This document shows positions 61,531 through 64,000 of a DNA stretch of 64,000 nucleotides, piece by piece. The stretch comes from Selaginella moellendorffii (taxonomy: Eukaryota; Plantae; Lycopodiophyta), in NCBI RefSeq assembly GCF_000143415.4, contig NW_003314271.1:744001-808000 (forward strand), read 5' to 3'. The first letter of the stretch is position 1. Each line of letters opens with the position of its first letter. Made by a program: the position numbers and the translations under genes. The notes under the pieces were generated by a model. It made no database searches, had not been told where the DNA came from, and was given only the letters and a program-made list of their open reading frames with translations.

Positions 61531-62677
61531 TGTAAGGAACCAACTCGCCGAGGTGTCGTAGGCTAAAGGAACCCCAAAAGCATGACCAAAATGACAAAGA
61601 GTTCATCGGATGGGACCAAGTCGAAGATCAAGTCCAAGACCGACTCTAGGATCGAGTTCGAGATAGAGTCCGGAATCGAGTCCGAGACCGACTCGGGGAC
61701 CGAGTTCGAGTCCGAGTTCGAGACTGAGTTCGAGACGGAGTCCGAGATCCGAAATCGGGTCTGAGACCGAGTCCGAGGTCGAGTCCGAGGTCGGGTTCGA
61801 GATCGGGTCCGAGATCGAGTCCGAGACCGAATCCGAAGTCAGATCCGAAATCGGGTCCGTGATCGAGCCAAAGACTAAGTCCAAATACTAATACGGGTCA
61901 AGGGGTGAAAGCCCAAAGCGTGCGTCTCCCAGGGGGGGGGGGGGCTGCAGGGGGTTCCAAAAGTATAGTAGGGATAGTGAGGTCCAGAAACCAATCTTGA
62001 AGGAACTCTCTAGTGGTGCTTCCAAACTGACTTGAGGTTGAGACTGGGGCTGAGGGGCCTTGGGTGGGAGTGAGCATGGGCTTGAGTGGTGCCGGAGGGG
62101 CCACCCAGGGAAGTGCTCAAGAGCAGCTCCCACTCCCAAAAGGGAAACCGATTGCAGTGCTCCCGGCTCATGTGGAGTGGTGCCCCACTTGAGTACCTTG
62201 TGGCTCATTGGTCCTCGCCCTTCCTAGGGGCTTGGGCCTTCCCTTCGGGATGGAAGTGGGGGGGTAGAGGTACCCATACCGGGCCGTTAGGCCACGGTGT
62301 TTCGCCCCGACGTCCCGAAGCAAGTGCTGCACCCAAGACTTGGGATTTAGAGGGTCCCATGATCAAGTCTTGTGGTACCAAGGGGTGTTAGAAATCTGGA
62401 GGCTTGGTGTGCTTGGTTGCTTATGCCTGCGGGGAGTGTAGCCGAACCTTAAGTCCAGTCTAACCTGGGGAGGGGGATTGGGAGAGATTTGGGAATCCGT
62501 AGATGGATGGCTAACACTCCGTTGCTCGTGCAGTGAGTAGCTGAAACCAAGTAGGACCAAGTAGGAGCTGGTACCATAAGCGGGAACCTTGGCGAGGGAA
62601 CTTAGCACAAGCCAAGGTAGAGTTGGTCGGAGACGAGGTAAGCTGGCAAATTGGAAAGGAAAAATTTGTGGCTTACA
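61531..62677 (+). repeat. 5' LTR (1147 bp) of a younger Ty3/gypsy element with an internal hexamer array (61610-61885)
   Basis: Termini TGTAAG...CTTACA, followed by PBS TGGTATCGGAGCC (62681-62693, tRNA-iMet type). Confidence 0.88.
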
Positions 62678-62736
62678 ATTTGGTATCGGAGCCTCTTCCT
62701 CAGTTCTAGTGAAGGATAGAGGCGGATTGCTGGGAG

Positions 62737-63724
62737 ATGGCAAGGGCAAAACATAAGCGAACCCAGGCAGAGATGGAACCTCCTCCAGAGCTGGAGCCTC
62801 CGGTCGAACAGGAGGCTATGGATGAGGAATCCTTGCATGAGGAGGACTCCAGTGAGGCAACTTCCAAACAGGAGTCTAGTGGTGAGGTTCGGTTGTCCAA
62901 GGCTCGATTGGACGTTCTAGAAGGACAATTGACACAGACCAATGCCCTGCTGAAGACTCTCGTACGCAAGCTAAAGTGTGATGAGAAGCGGAAGAAAAAG
63001 CGGAAGACTGCGAATGCTGGCAGCGCAGAAGGTGTGGACCCTTCGGCAGGGACTAAGGTAAAACCAGACAAGGTCGAACAGACTGAAGTGGAATCAGTCC
63101 CTCAGGTAGTTCCCAAGTACAAACCAAAGCCCCCACCGGTCTTCAAGGGAGTGAACGACTATAAGGTGGTGGAGGATTGGTTTTATGATATGGAGGACTA
63201 CTTCCGAGCGTTGTGATTACCGAGCTCGGAGAAGGTCCTATATGCAAAACCATACTTGGCAGATAATGCCAAGTCTTGGTGGAGAACGATAGAGGCCAAC
63301 GTAAGACCGGTGGCCACTTGGGAAATGATGAAAGCGAGGATCCGCGCAACTTACGTTCCTCCGAATGCTACTCTGCATCTAAGGGACGAGCTGAGTAGGC
63401 TGAAGCAGATCAGAACCATTCAAGAGTATGTGAATGGGTTTATAGCAAAGAGGATACTTGTCACGGACATGGGGGATATGGTTCCATGCCTTCATATCAG
63501 GTTTGCAAACTTGGGCTTGCGGTGAAGTGATGCGGTGGAACCCGACTAACTACAAGGAAGCGTTGGATGCGGCCATCAAGGTGCATTTCAACGATAACCT
63601 GCGAAAGGGGAACACGACGGGGTTAGGATCCACGTTTAGCAAAGGGGCCAAACCAAGGGGAACGTTTAGCATAGGGAAATTCAAGAAGAGTTTCTCTAAG
63701 AATGAGTCCTTGAGGTTCCGGAAA
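62737..63724 (+). pseudogene. Retrotransposon gag with a stop and a frameshift, truncated by a DNA-transposon insertion
   Basis: KPKPPPVFKG..VEDWFYDMEDYF, YLADNAKSWW, TWEMMKARIRATYVP, LSRLKQ..TIQEYVNGF; TGA at 63214-63216. Confidence 0.85.
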
Positions 63725-64000
63725 AAGCTCTATTTCATTAAAGTGGGAATTGTCATTATCCCACTTGTAAAATAAGGTTTTCAAACCTTTATATAGTATA
63801 TAAATATAACAAAATTCAACTGCATTGAGGCACATGCCATTTTATTTTAAGCAAGGAAATGTCTACTCAATTACTTCTCCTCCCCCTGCCACTGCTTCAC
63901 CTCTCTCTTTTCCTTGTCATCGTTGTCTAATTTCTTTCCATCCTTTTAATATTGGCTCAATTGCTCCGAGTCTAGGTGGAGCCCAAGTCCCCATTCAATC
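63725..64000. mobile_element. Left end of a second copy of the 14.4-kb TIR element (runs off the window)
   Basis: Gap-free alignment to 41245-41520 with about 9 substitutions in 276 bp, all transitions by my count. Confidence 0.95.

Overview
This is eukaryotic plant nuclear DNA. The ~50-60 bp introns, tight gene packing, SS-rich PLS-class PPR genes and a cilium gene suggest a lycophyte such as Selaginella (inference). The left half (1-33.3 kb) is gene-dense. It holds two PLS-PPR genes, PEX7, INCENP, DZIP1/Iguana-like, tRNA-Ala(CGC), four tandem ELIP genes with a LINE remnant inside the array, and PORR, RUP-like WD40, AT-hook, 3-hydroxybutyryl-CoA dehydrogenase and cpTatC genes. The right half (34-64 kb) is a nest of transposons. 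A decayed Ty3/gypsy element primed by tRNA-Ala has its 3' end inverted. A 14.4-kb TIR DNA transposon (41245-55679; 24-bp TIRs; 4-bp TSD CCAC) is accompanied by a 287-bp MITE and the left end of a second copy. Several gypsy LTR remnants follow. The large element is the highlight. It carries a Sola-like DDD transposase and, divergently, a spliced gene that appears to fuse a ParB/Srx-like domain, a degenerate beta-class DNA amino-methyltransferase fold and a catalytically dead FCP1/NIF phosphatase. About 20 copies of a 22-bp palindrome (ATGGCRTGWGGCCWCAYGCCAT) are dispersed through the element, including in introns and exons, which suggests a ParB/parS-like self-recognition system. All domain calls come from motif reading by eye and need HMM or structure confirmation.
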